IMG/VR virus record: IMGVR_UViG_3300032309_001794
DNA from: an uncultured virus (IMG/VR IMGVR_UViG_3300032309_001794)
Lineage: Duplodnaviria; Heunggongvirae; Uroviricota; Caudoviricetes
Strand: one strand, 5' to 3'
DNA: 64,000 nucleotides
The notes beneath the pieces were generated by a model. It saw only the letters and a list, made by a program, of their open reading frames with translations. It was not told the DNA's origin and made no database searches. Positions 25,052 through 33,849 of the stretch are shown in pieces. A program made the translations under genes and the position numbers. Within the stretch, counting starts at the first letter, position 1, and the number at the start of each line of letters is the position of its first letter.

Positions 25052-25284
25052 TGGCTGCTAAAAAAAGGGAAACTCCTGCCACTCTTAAGGTTTCTGGCAA
25101 AGTTCACCGCGTCTACAAAGAAAAAGACGGTGACGTTGTAGTAAACCATGCTGGATCTGCTAAGGAAAATGGCAAGTACGACAAGATTAATTTAACTAAA
25201 AAAGCTGGAGCCAAAACCGTTAAGGCTGGGGTTAAAGCTACTAAGAACTGGCATAAAGACAACCCTCATAAGAAAGGCAAGTAA
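25051..25284 (+). CDS. Small Lys-rich protein (77 aa)
   Basis: TAATG coupling; strongly basic. Confidence 0.75.
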   Translation: MAAKKRETPATLKVSGKVHRVYKEKDGDVVVNHAGSAKENGKYDKINLTKKAGAKTVKAGVKATKNWHKDNPHKKGK

Positions 25285-25401
25285 ATGTGCACAACCTGCG
25301 GCTGTGGAGCCCCAAAAAATAAGCACGGACAAAAGACTGTTGCTGCTGCTAATAAAAAATTTGCTAAGAAAACTACTAAAAAGAAACCAGGTAAAAAGTA
25401 A
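25285..25401 (+). CDS. Tiny Cys/Lys-rich protein (38 aa), not in ORF track
   Basis: MCTTCGCGAPKNKHGQKTVAAANKKFAKKTTKKKPGKK; abuts the previous stop. Confidence 0.7.
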   Translation: MCTTCGCGAPKNKHGQKTVAAANKKFAKKTTKKKPGKK

Positions 25402-25529
25402 TGTGTAAAAAGTGTAAGAAAGCAAAGTGTGCCTGCCCTTCTATGTCCAAGTGCAAGACTTGTGGCAAGGCAAAATGCTCATGTTCAGCTAAAAAAGCTC
25501 CTGCTAAAAAGGCTGCTAAAAAGAAGTAG
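25401..25529 (+). CDS. Metallothionein-like peptide with H1-like tail (42 aa), not in ORF track
   Basis: MCKKCKKAKCACPSMSKCKTCGKAKCSCSAKKAPAKKAAKKK; TAATG coupling. Confidence 0.7.
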   Translation: MCKKCKKAKCACPSMSKCKTCGKAKCSCSAKKAPAKKAAKKK

Positions 25530-25564
25530 TTAACCAAGACTATCGAGGGAAATAGCGGTAAATT
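25529..25564 (+). promoter_or_regulatory. Putative late promoter, copy 5
   Basis: GTTAAccaaGAC-N18-TAAATT. Confidence 0.55.
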
Positions 25565-25627
25565 CAGTAGTGACGCCGGCTTAGCCGGAACCTGCTGAAT
25601 TACTGCCCCTCAAGAAGAGGAATTGCT

Positions 25628-25777
25628 ATGTTGTATCTAGCCGAAAGATTGGCCAGACAAGAGTCAGATGCTGACCGACGAGAGTTTGTCGATGGCGTTA
25701 TGGGACTAGACAAGATCAATTTGAAATCTTTAGCGGCAGGTTGGCTTTCAACCTCATTGCTGCTAAAGAGTAAATAA
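25628..25777 (+). CDS. Hypothetical protein (49 aa), not in ORF track
   Basis: GAGGA RBS; MLYLAERLARQESDADRREFV..; TAATG overlap with the next gene. Confidence 0.65.
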   Translation: MLYLAERLARQESDADRREFVDGVMGLDKINLKSLAAGWLSTSLLLKSK

Positions 25778-26106
25778 TGGCAACAACTGATCAAATAGTA
25801 AAAGCAGTAGACACAATAGCCCGTACTACAGCCAAAAAAGCCACTTCTAAGCTCCGTTCTGAAGCATACTCAAGTGGCTGGCCTACAGAGCTGTCTAGAA
25901 CTCTTAACATACTTCATGACAAAGAGGGCCGTTTTTCAATGGATTACCCTCAACATCTAGAGTCAAAAATTTTTGACGTTGAATTTGGTACCCAAGGAAC
26001 CCCTCCAAACCCTGTGCTGCGTAGATTCTTAAACCGTCTAGACGAAACTTCAGATGAGTTTGATTCAATGATGGGTACTCTTCTAGATAATTGGGAGGTA
26101 TTTTAA
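25777..26106 (+). CDS. Putative neck/tail-completion protein (HK97 gp10-like)
   Basis: VEFGT...PPNPVLR motif; position. Confidence 0.55.
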   Translation: MATTDQIVKAVDTIARTTAKKATSKLRSEAYSSGWPTELSRTLNILHDKEGRFSMDYPQHLESKIFDVEFGTQGTPPNPVLRRFLNRLDETSDEFDSMMGTLLDNWEVF

Positions 26107-26699
26107 TGCCGTTCCTACTTAATGAAGATAAAGCAATCAAAGCTAAACTTGCTGGAATTACCGTAAGTGATGCAAAAAATTCCACACGCCCAGTAGGGGT
26201 TTGGTTTGGACAACCTGATATTGAAATTAGAGACCAATCTTACCCCTATTTAACTCTTGATCTTGTTGACATCTCTGAAGCAAAAGACCGTAATAACAGA
26301 GGTTTTGGGTATCTCCCATACACGCCAGAAGGTGAAGATGTTGATGGCAAGTACTTCACAGAACTGCCTATACCGGTAGATATTGACTACCAGGTGACAA
26401 GTTATTCTCGTCAACCTTTGCATGATCGTCAAATAATTTCCAATATTTTGTACAACATTTTGCCATTTAGGTATGGTACTTTAGAAATTCCAGAAGACAA
26501 CACTTTACGAAGAGTTGAACTTCTTGGGTATACAAAAAGAGATACTACTGAACAGGGTAAAAGACTGTTTGTAAATGTATTCTCTATTCGTGTAAATTCA
26601 GAACTACTATCTACTCAGATAGCAGCTGCAGTAAATGTAGCCAATATATCTATATCTACATCACTTGTAATAAACAAATCAGTAACACTACCTGCATAA
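26106..26699 (+). CDS. Putative tail terminator / sheath stabiliser
   Basis: YPYLTLDL..PIPVDIDYQV motifs; directly upstream of the sheath gene. Confidence 0.6.
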   Translation: MPFLLNEDKAIKAKLAGITVSDAKNSTRPVGVWFGQPDIEIRDQSYPYLTLDLVDISEAKDRNNRGFGYLPYTPEGEDVDGKYFTELPIPVDIDYQVTSYSRQPLHDRQIISNILYNILPFRYGTLEIPEDNTLRRVELLGYTKRDTTEQGKRLFVNVFSIRVNSELLSTQIAAAVNVANISISTSLVINKSVTLPA

Positions 26700-26744
26700 A
26701 ATACGGACCCACAAGATTAAAAACTAACTTAAGGAGTTTTAAGG

Positions 26745-28250
26745 ATGACTACATACGGTCGCCCCGGCGTATACCTGAAGGAAAATATCGTTCAGGAATT
26801 TATTTCGCCTGCAAGTCGGTCTGAGGCAGTAGCAGCACTTATTGGTGCTTTGCCTAAAGGCCCAACAACCCCAACATTCATATCCACATGGTCAGAATTT
26901 ACAAAGACTTTTGGAGGACTTGACTACACATTCCCCACCACTGTAGCTGCTTACCTATTTTTCTCTAATGGTGGACGTGACGTCTACATTAGAAGAGTAG
27001 TTGGAGCTAACGCAGTGGCTGCTACTACAACACTTAGAGATGTAAGTAACGCTAATGCATTGACCGTCACAGCTAACAATGTTGGAACATGGGGCAATGA
27101 AATTGCCGTTGAAATTGTAGCAACTACTGGTTCACGTTTTAACTTACTTGTATACGGTGCCCCTCTTGCTGTTGGAACTGGTGTTCGTTCAAATCTTTTA
27201 GAGCAGCATGTAGACCTTAGCATGACTACTACAGATGCTAGATTTATTGAATCAGTTATTAACAACTCTTCGGCCTACATCACTGTAGACGCGCTACTTA
27301 CTACAGTTCCTGTAGCAGGTACCCTTGTTTCTCTAAGTACCGGAGCAAATGGAGCAGCTATAACTTCTGCTGCAATTGGAAGTACTTTTGCTGATTTTGA
27401 TTCAATTGACATTCCAACTTTGTTTAATTTGCCAGATGCAGCTGGTCTTACTTTAGGTGAATACACAAGTGCAAATACGGCTTTGTTAAGTTACTGCTCT
27501 GCACGCGGAGATGGTTTTGCCATTATTGATACACGTGCTGGTTCTGACGTAGCAAGTGCAGTTTCACAAGCTGCAGGTCTTGGAAGCAACCGTACTAACG
27601 GAGCTATTTACTACCCATGGTTAGTAATACCAGACAATAGCCGTTCTGTTAGAACTGCTACAACAACTGTCGCTCCTGGCGGTGCAGTACTTGGTCAGTA
27701 CCAAGCTACCGATGCAGCATACGGTGTATTTAAAACCCCAGCCGGTTTTGGAACTCGTTTAGCTGGCGTAGTTGGTTTGGAAAAGCGCTTAACTAACTCT
27801 GAATTAGACACTTTAAACAGTGCATCTGCAGCAGTAAATGCTATTCGCATTACTCCAGGCTCAGGAATTGTAATTATGGGTGGACGTACTTTAACTAATA
27901 CTAGGCCTAATGTTTACATCAATATTCGCCGTAATCTTATCTACATTCAAAAAGAATTGCGCGATCGTAGCCAATTTGCTGTATTTGAGAACAATGACGA
28001 AGGTCTGTGGAATCAGCTTTCTTCATCCCTAAGTAACTTCCTTAACGTTTACTGGCAACAAGGTGGCCTAAGAGGCACTAACCCTACGCAGGCTTTCTAC
28101 GTGAAGGTTGATTCAGAAACAACAAGCCAATCAGATATTGAGAATGGTCTTGTAAACATTGAGGTTGGTGTAGCTCTTGAGTACCCAGCTGAATTTATTC
28201 AAATCACTATTGGCCAAATCACCGGCGATGCGTCTGTGACCCAGGGCTAG
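26745..28250 (+). CDS. Contractile tail sheath protein
   Basis: PGVYLKE, YYPW, KTPAG, GGRT, YINIRR, VFENN, PAEFI motifs. Confidence 0.93.
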   Translation: MTTYGRPGVYLKENIVQEFISPASRSEAVAALIGALPKGPTTPTFISTWSEFTKTFGGLDYTFPTTVAAYLFFSNGGRDVYIRRVVGANAVAATTTLRDVSNANALTVTANNVGTWGNEIAVEIVATTGSRFNLLVYGAPLAVGTGVRSNLLEQHVDLSMTTTDARFIESVINNSSAYITVDALLTTVPVAGTLVSLSTGANGAAITSAAIGSTFADFDSIDIPTLFNLPDAAGLTLGEYTSANTALLSYCSARGDGFAIIDTRAGSDVASAVSQAAGLGSNRTNGAIYYPWLVIPDNSRSVRTATTTVAPGGAVLGQYQATDAAYGVFKTPAGFGTRLAGVVGLEKRLTNSELDTLNSASAAVNAIRITPGSGIVIMGGRTLTNTRPNVYINIRRNLIYIQKELRDRSQFAVFENNDEGLWNQLSSSLSNFLNVYWQQGGLRGTNPTQAFYVKVDSETTSQSDIENGLVNIEVGVALEYPAEFIQITIGQITGDASVTQG

Positions 28251-28269
28251 TTAAGGAGAAATATACAAA

Positions 28270-28911
28270 ATGACAGGCCCAATTATTCACCCACAAGGAA
28301 CGATAGCTACGGATCCAATCCGTAACTTTCGGTTCTTGGTAGAGTTCCTACCTCACGATGCTACTGGTTTTGCAACAAATACCACTAGCACTAAAAGGTC
28401 TATGGGCTTTACCAACGTGTCCGGTTTTGGCGTTTCAATTGACCCTATTGCATATCGTGAAGGTGGTTACAACACCACTATGCACTACATGCCAGGTCAA
28501 GCGGCGTTTACACCAATTTCCTTTACACGAGGTCAAACCATAGGCGCACGTTCAAACCACAACTGGATGCGCAGTCTTTTTGCTGTAATTGGCGCCACCA
28601 ATTACTCAAACCAGACCACTGTTGGTAAGCCAGGTGCAGATTTCCGTTGCAACATTGACGTATCTGTACTTAGCCATCCAAACCCATCACAGTACACAGG
28701 ATCAAACGGAACTCAGGCAACTACTCCGTATTCTTTGCATACATCTATGAGATTCCGTATTTACAATGCTTGGATTTCAAGCCTTGTATATGGTGACTTG
28801 TCTGCCGGTGGTTCTGGCATTATGGTTGAAGGCATGACTGTAGTTCATGAAGGTTTTGACGTAACTTACGCAGATAACTTTAGAACCTCAGCCACAAAGT
28901 TTACATACTAA
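28270..28911 (+). CDS. Tail tube protein (T4 gp19-like)
   Basis: DPIRNFRFLVEF, GF..VSG, YREGG..PG, NAW motifs. Confidence 0.88.
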   Translation: MTGPIIHPQGTIATDPIRNFRFLVEFLPHDATGFATNTTSTKRSMGFTNVSGFGVSIDPIAYREGGYNTTMHYMPGQAAFTPISFTRGQTIGARSNHNWMRSLFAVIGATNYSNQTTVGKPGADFRCNIDVSVLSHPNPSQYTGSNGTQATTPYSLHTSMRFRIYNAWISSLVYGDLSAGGSGIMVEGMTVVHEGFDVTYADNFRTSATKFTY

Positions 28912-28931
28912 TCCTTTAAGGGGAGCACAAT

Positions 28932-29792
28932 ATGGAAAATCAAGAAACAACAACAACAATTAGTGCATCAGAAAACCCAGCTTTGGCACAGCAGCTTATC
29001 GAAGCAGCTTTGTCCATGTCCGAGGAAGAGGCAGGGATTACTACTCAACCAGTTGTTCAAGAACCACTGGCTATGGAAGTAATCCCTCCTCCATCCGGAA
29101 ACGTAGATTTACTAGCTGGAATTTACGATTCGTTTAACGGAGAGCATATATCTACTGCTGAAATTCGTGAATTAAACGGTATTGACGAAGAAGCACTCTC
29201 AAAGATCAATGATTACGGTAGAGGTCTTTTAGAGATTCTTAAACGCGGAGTTGTAAAAATTGGAGAAAAAAACGCTAGCTCAGAAGTTTTAGATGAACTT
29301 TTAGCCGGTGACCGTGAGTACCTTCTATTAAAGATTAGAATTGCTACTCTTGGTAAAGAAATTTCACTAGATGGGCCTTGCCCAACTTGTGAAGAAAAGC
29401 AAACATACTTGGTAGATCTAGAAGAAGATGTAAAAGTTTTAAAACTTGAAGATCCTTCTGAAACATCTATTAACATTGCTTGCAAAATTGGGGAAGTCAC
29501 CGTTGACTTACCTGATGGCAAAACTCAAAAGAAATTGGCTTTGGCTACCAACAAGACTGTTGCAGAGCTTGACTCAATTTTACTTGAAGAGTGCGTTTCG
29601 CTTATAAATGGAGCTCCTGTTTTAAACCCAAAGCAGGTAAAACAACTAGGTATGCAAGATCGTCGTACTATTCTTAAGGAATTGGCAGATAAAAATCCTG
29701 GCCCAGACCTTAGCAGCATTGTTAAAAACTGTGTTGCTTGCGGGTCGGAGGTCCCGATACCGCTTACATTAGCGGATCTGTTTCGTCTATAA
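28932..29792 (+). CDS. Tail assembly chaperone / T4 gp26-like baseplate hub assembly protein
   Basis: IRELNG.DEE, LLAGDREYLLLKIRIATLG, CPTC and CVAC; between tube and tape measure. Confidence 0.75.
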   Translation: MENQETTTTISASENPALAQQLIEAALSMSEEEAGITTQPVVQEPLAMEVIPPPSGNVDLLAGIYDSFNGEHISTAEIRELNGIDEEALSKINDYGRGLLEILKRGVVKIGEKNASSEVLDELLAGDREYLLLKIRIATLGKEISLDGPCPTCEEKQTYLVDLEEDVKVLKLEDPSETSINIACKIGEVTVDLPDGKTQKKLALATNKTVAELDSILLEECVSLINGAPVLNPKQVKQLGMQDRRTILKELADKNPGPDLSSIVKNCVACGSEVPIPLTLADLFRL

Positions 29793-29958
29793 CTTTGAAT
29801 TCTACCAATTCCTTGTTTATTCGTATGAAGCAATAAGTATCGTCTACACCGGATGGTCCTTATCGGATATAAAAAATTTAAGTCATAGAGAGCGAAAAAT
29901 GTGGCTACATAGAGCCGCATCTCGCTTGAATATAGATAGAGGAGTAGTCAATGCCTAG
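29773..29958 (+). CDS. Start-less +1-frame ORF (gp51/GpE'-like chaperone extension), probably reached by frameshift
   Basis: 61 open codons encoding YEAISIVYTGWSLSDIKNLSHRERKMWL; no ATG/GTG/TTG before the motif; overlaps TTT CGT of the upstream gene. Confidence 0.65.
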   Translation, partial: RICFVYNFEFYQFLVYSYEAISIVYTGWSLSDIKNLSHRERKMWLHRAASRLNIDRGVVNA

Positions 29959-32479
29959 TTCATCTGGCGCTATGAGTAATGGAAGAGTTTCCAAGTCCAT
30001 AGATGACGCTACCGCTTCAGCCTCAAAATTTGAAGGAATTATTAAATCTATTGAGAAATCAGTAGATAACATTGTTAAAGGCCTTGGTGGAATTAAAGGC
30101 GTAGGCGGTGCGTCTACATCAATGGGCGGAGGCATAGGTGGGAGCGGTACTAGTCTTTTCTCTACTGATGTAGATGCATCTCTCAGAGTTGCTCAGGCTA
30201 AACTTGATCAACTTCTTCCTAGAACAAACTTTGAAAAAGGTGTGGGAGCCGCTGGAATTGCAGCTTCTGTAGCTGGGTATGCATACGGCATGATGCCAAA
30301 TACCATTGATGCTGTATCCCAAAGAATTACGGCACAAGGTGTTGCATCTATATCTGGCATGTCTGCTACCAACTTAATTAGTTCTAGCAATGCTTTATTA
30401 GCGGGCGGTACCACGGGAGCTCAGTCTGCCCAAGCTTCTGCAGCTATTTTAACTTCCAGAGGTATTCTTCCAACCATGGGGTCATACGGCAATATTATGG
30501 GCCAAACTGCCGGCTTTAGTGTTATGACCGGTCAGTCTAATGAGCAGACTGCTTCTGGTTTTGGCTCTATAAATGGTATGAATATGCTTCGAGTAGGTAT
30601 TAATGCTCGTACTAGTTCTGGAGATTTAAGAGATCCTTCAGCTATTGCAAGCGATCTTTACCGACGCATGTACGGCAGCAGACCAGTAACTGCAGAACAA
30701 GCCGCTCAAGTTTTTAATCCAAATAGCAAAGCTTATAAATCTGTTATGGCAGCAGCTGGTGGAAACCAAGAACTGTTTAATTCTTTAGCTACCAGCCTTG
30801 TATTCCAAGCAAAAAATGGCGGAAAACAACTAAATATGGATCCAGAGAATGTTAAGAATAACATTCTTAAACTTCCTGAAGACGATCCTATGAGAAAGAT
30901 GTACGACTACCAACAAAGTGAGGTTAAAAAACTTCAGGTAACTGGTAAGGGTCTTGTCGGTGGTTTTGGAGCAGCTCTGGATGCTACGACTGCAGTTAAT
31001 AATGGTTTTTCAGCACTTGCTCAATCTATTGGGCCGGTTGCAGAAGGATTTGCAAAACTTAAAGGTTTTTTGGATACCCTACCTACTGCTGGTAATACTG
31101 GCGCTACCCTATTTGCAGCCGGAGGCAATGTAGCTGGCCAAGTTGGGGCAAACATACAAAGCAAAATTTCAGAAAAAATTACTGATGATATTCTAAAACA
31201 ACTTGGTATAAGTGGCGGATCCGGTGGTGGTGGTCTTTCAATAGAAGATTTGGCTTCTGGTGGAGGTTACGGGGGATCTGGAGGAGCTGGAGGAGCCGCA
31301 GCACCAAAAGGATTTAAAGGACTAATGACTTCTGGCAAGTCCTTACTTAAAAGCCCTACTGTTAAAGGTCTAGGACTTGCTGCAGTAGGAGCAGTTGCGG
31401 GCATGGGATTTGATTACATAAAGAATAGAGAAGCCGGTAAACACAGCGAAACTACAAATAGAGTTGGAATGACAGCTGCAAGAGCCGGTGAGTACGCCCT
31501 TAAAGGCGCCGGTGCGGGAATGATGATTGGAACCGTAGTTCCAGGTATTGGTAACGCAGTTGGGGCCGGAATAGGTGCAGTTCTTGGAACGGCTTACGGC
31601 GCATACAAAGGGTACACCGAATCTACTAACAGTAATTTTGGTGGTGACAGTGGTCCTAGCTCTGTTTCTCCTGCAAGTGGACCTATTACAGCAAGATACG
31701 GTCAAAAACCTAAAAACAATACCTACTGGAAATGGAAGGGCTACCATACTGGAACTGACTGGGGTGTACGTAAGGGAACTCCAGTTAAGTCTATTCAAGA
31801 CGGCGTAGTTAAAGAAGTAGGCGCTGATCCAAGCAATGAGCCTTATGGAACTAGAGTTTTAATTGATCATGGTGGTTTTCAAAGTATGTATGCCCACCTT
31901 TCTTCATACACTGTTCGTCCTGGTCAAAAAGTAAAAGCCGGAGATCAGATTGCTTTATCAGGACAATCAGGTAGTGGCGCATCTATGGGACCCCATTTAC
32001 ACTTTGAAATTAGAAAAGGTAGAAATAACCCTGTTGATCCAAAAAATTACTTAAGTGGGAGTATCGTTGGAAACGGTGGCGGATCAGGCGTATCAGGATT
32101 TATCGAAAATGTTAAAGATAAAGTAGGCGGAGTTGTAGACTCTATAAAGGATTTTGTTTCTGGAAAAGATGAACCCACAACAAACATTCCTGGAGGATCT
32201 ACTGGTACTGCGGGAGCTACCCCACAATTTTCTGTAGGCAATACTGGATTTACTATGACCAGTACAGGTGGTACATCAAGCTTAGCTCATGGTGGAGATA
32301 TGGGCGCTCCTTCAGGAGGAATGGGATCTTCTATAGGAGTTTCAGGTGGACAAGGCATAACTATTAATATGAATGTTACTGTCTCTAAGGGCAACACTGA
32401 AGACGCCATACGTCTAGCAAGAGATGTAAAGAAAATACTTGAAAGGGATCTTCGTGTTAACACTATTGCATCAAACTAA
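29951..32479 (+). CDS. Tape measure protein with M23 peptidase domain
   Basis: G/A-rich helical body; HTGTD, YAHL and GPHLHFE M23 motifs; GAGGAG RBS. Confidence 0.88.
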   Translation: MPSSSGAMSNGRVSKSIDDATASASKFEGIIKSIEKSVDNIVKGLGGIKGVGGASTSMGGGIGGSGTSLFSTDVDASLRVAQAKLDQLLPRTNFEKGVGAAGIAASVAGYAYGMMPNTIDAVSQRITAQGVASISGMSATNLISSSNALLAGGTTGAQSAQASAAILTSRGILPTMGSYGNIMGQTAGFSVMTGQSNEQTASGFGSINGMNMLRVGINARTSSGDLRDPSAIASDLYRRMYGSRPVTAEQAAQVFNPNSKAYKSVMAAAGGNQELFNSLATSLVFQAKNGGKQLNMDPENVKNNILKLPEDDPMRKMYDYQQSEVKKLQVTGKGLVGGFGAALDATTAVNNGFSALAQSIGPVAEGFAKLKGFLDTLPTAGNTGATLFAAGGNVAGQVGANIQSKISEKITDDILKQLGISGGSGGGGLSIEDLASGGGYGGSGGAGGAAAPKGFKGLMTSGKSLLKSPTVKGLGLAAVGAVAGMGFDYIKNREAGKHSETTNRVGMTAARAGEYALKGAGAGMMIGTVVPGIGNAVGAGIGAVLGTAYGAYKGYTESTNSNFGGDSGPSSVSPASGPITARYGQKPKNNTYWKWKGYHTGTDWGVRKGTPVKSIQDGVVKEVGADPSNEPYGTRVLIDHGGFQSMYAHLSSYTVRPGQKVKAGDQIALSGQSGSGASMGPHLHFEIRKGRNNPVDPKNYLSGSIVGNGGGSGVSGFIENVKDKVGGVVDSIKDFVSGKDEPTTNIPGGSTGTAGATPQFSVGNTGFTMTSTGGTSSLAHGGDMGAPSGGMGSSIGVSGGQGITINMNVTVSKGNTEDAIRLARDVKKILERDLRVNTIASN

Positions 32480-32491
32480 GGTGGCTAAGTA

Positions 32492-33571
32492 ATGTCAGAC
32501 CCATTAGATCCTTTAGTACCGTTTCCAGAAGGTGGTTGGACCTCATACGTAGATGATGGGGGATACGTAAGATTTGGCGCATCAAAACCTTCTGATACTG
32601 TTAGCGAAAGAAGTGAAGGTAACGCCAGACGAGGCGTTAACTCAACAAAGTATAGTGAACTTGGCGTAGGCAGAGACCAGCCGGCTACTATAGCCATCCC
32701 TCCTCAATCAATTCTTACTCTTCAAGAAGTTACCAATGGGTTTGGTAAATTTAATCCGCCACCGCATAACATTACTAGATCTGTTTCACCAATAGCTTTT
32801 GCAAACTATCAAGTAAGTAAGTCTGCCGATAGTGCAAAAATTTTGAGTATGCAAAAAGCAAACAGACGTGGCTATTTCTATCAAGATTTAGATACAGCTT
32901 TTGAAGGTACTAAGAAAAAACTTAGAAAAAACCTTTGGGGATTTCAATTTATGTTTAACCCTAATTCAATTTCTCATCAAAATACTGCAGATGCTAATAC
33001 TGACTGGACTAACCTTAATGACATATCTAACGCGTTAATAGGTACTCAAACATTTTCAATTAACTTATTTTTAAATAGAACTGTAGATGTTGCACAGTTA
33101 GCCCCTCTTGTTAGGAATGCACAGGGGTCCGCCTCAGTAATTTCTACTAGCGGTGTAAATAAAGGGTACACGGGAAGAGCTTTGACTAAGGACGATATCT
33201 TAGGAATTGTTACACGAGGCACAGAATATGACTTAGAATTTTTATACAGAGTTATAAACGGAGAACCTTCAAAAAGCCCAACCATGGACTTTGCTACAGC
33301 AGATTTTGGCTACTTAAGTGGAATTCCTGTGTGGGTTAGGTTAAATAATCAAATGAGATACAAAGGTATTATCTCAGGCCTTGGAGTTAATCACCTAATG
33401 TTTACTCCTGATATGGTGCCTGTTGTTACCGAAGTTAGCATTTCGTTTATGCGTATTCCTGCTCCTTCATACTCAACGGATGACTCGTGGTACAAGGATA
33501 GATACGGAGATGGAAAGGTACCTCTATACAAGGGTGCACCAACAGACACGGCGCCGGGAGCGAACCCATAA
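32492..33571 (+). CDS. Baseplate/tube-initiator-like protein
   Basis: FQFMFNPNSIS, G.ISGLGVNHLMF..MVP...VSISF pattern; follows the tape measure gene. Confidence 0.6.
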   Translation: MSDPLDPLVPFPEGGWTSYVDDGGYVRFGASKPSDTVSERSEGNARRGVNSTKYSELGVGRDQPATIAIPPQSILTLQEVTNGFGKFNPPPHNITRSVSPIAFANYQVSKSADSAKILSMQKANRRGYFYQDLDTAFEGTKKKLRKNLWGFQFMFNPNSISHQNTADANTDWTNLNDISNALIGTQTFSINLFLNRTVDVAQLAPLVRNAQGSASVISTSGVNKGYTGRALTKDDILGIVTRGTEYDLEFLYRVINGEPSKSPTMDFATADFGYLSGIPVWVRLNNQMRYKGIISGLGVNHLMFTPDMVPVVTEVSISFMRIPAPSYSTDDSWYKDRYGDGKVPLYKGAPTDTAPGANP

Positions 33572-33849
33572 TGATTTCTTCAGGATCAAGATACTCAGAT
33601 GGAAGATTTGGTCAAGTAACTGATGGGCATTACAAATCTCCTACAACATTTGTATTAAGAAAATTTTCCGGACCTGTTTTTAATAGCTACACTATGTACT
33701 CATTTAGTGACGCTGATCGTATTGATAACTTAGGTTTTATATTTTTTGGATACCCTCAAGCTTGGTCATTAATCATGGACATTAACCCTGAAATTGCTGA
33801 TCCATTTAATATCCCTGCAGGCACTCTTATTAGGATCCCTAATGGTTAG
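33571..33849 (+). CDS. LysM-like baseplate protein (P2 gpX / T4 gp53-like)
   Basis: DRIDNL...G....W..I.DINP.I.DP..IPAGTLIRIP. Confidence 0.75.
   Translation: MISSGSRYSDGRFGQVTDGHYKSPTTFVLRKFSGPVFNSYTMYSFSDADRIDNLGFIFFGYPQAWSLIMDINPEIADPFNIPAGTLIRIPNG

Noticed and set aside
26697..26732. Additional copy of the promoter motif before the sheath gene
   Set aside because: GAC is present but the TTNA box and a correctly spaced -10 are absent
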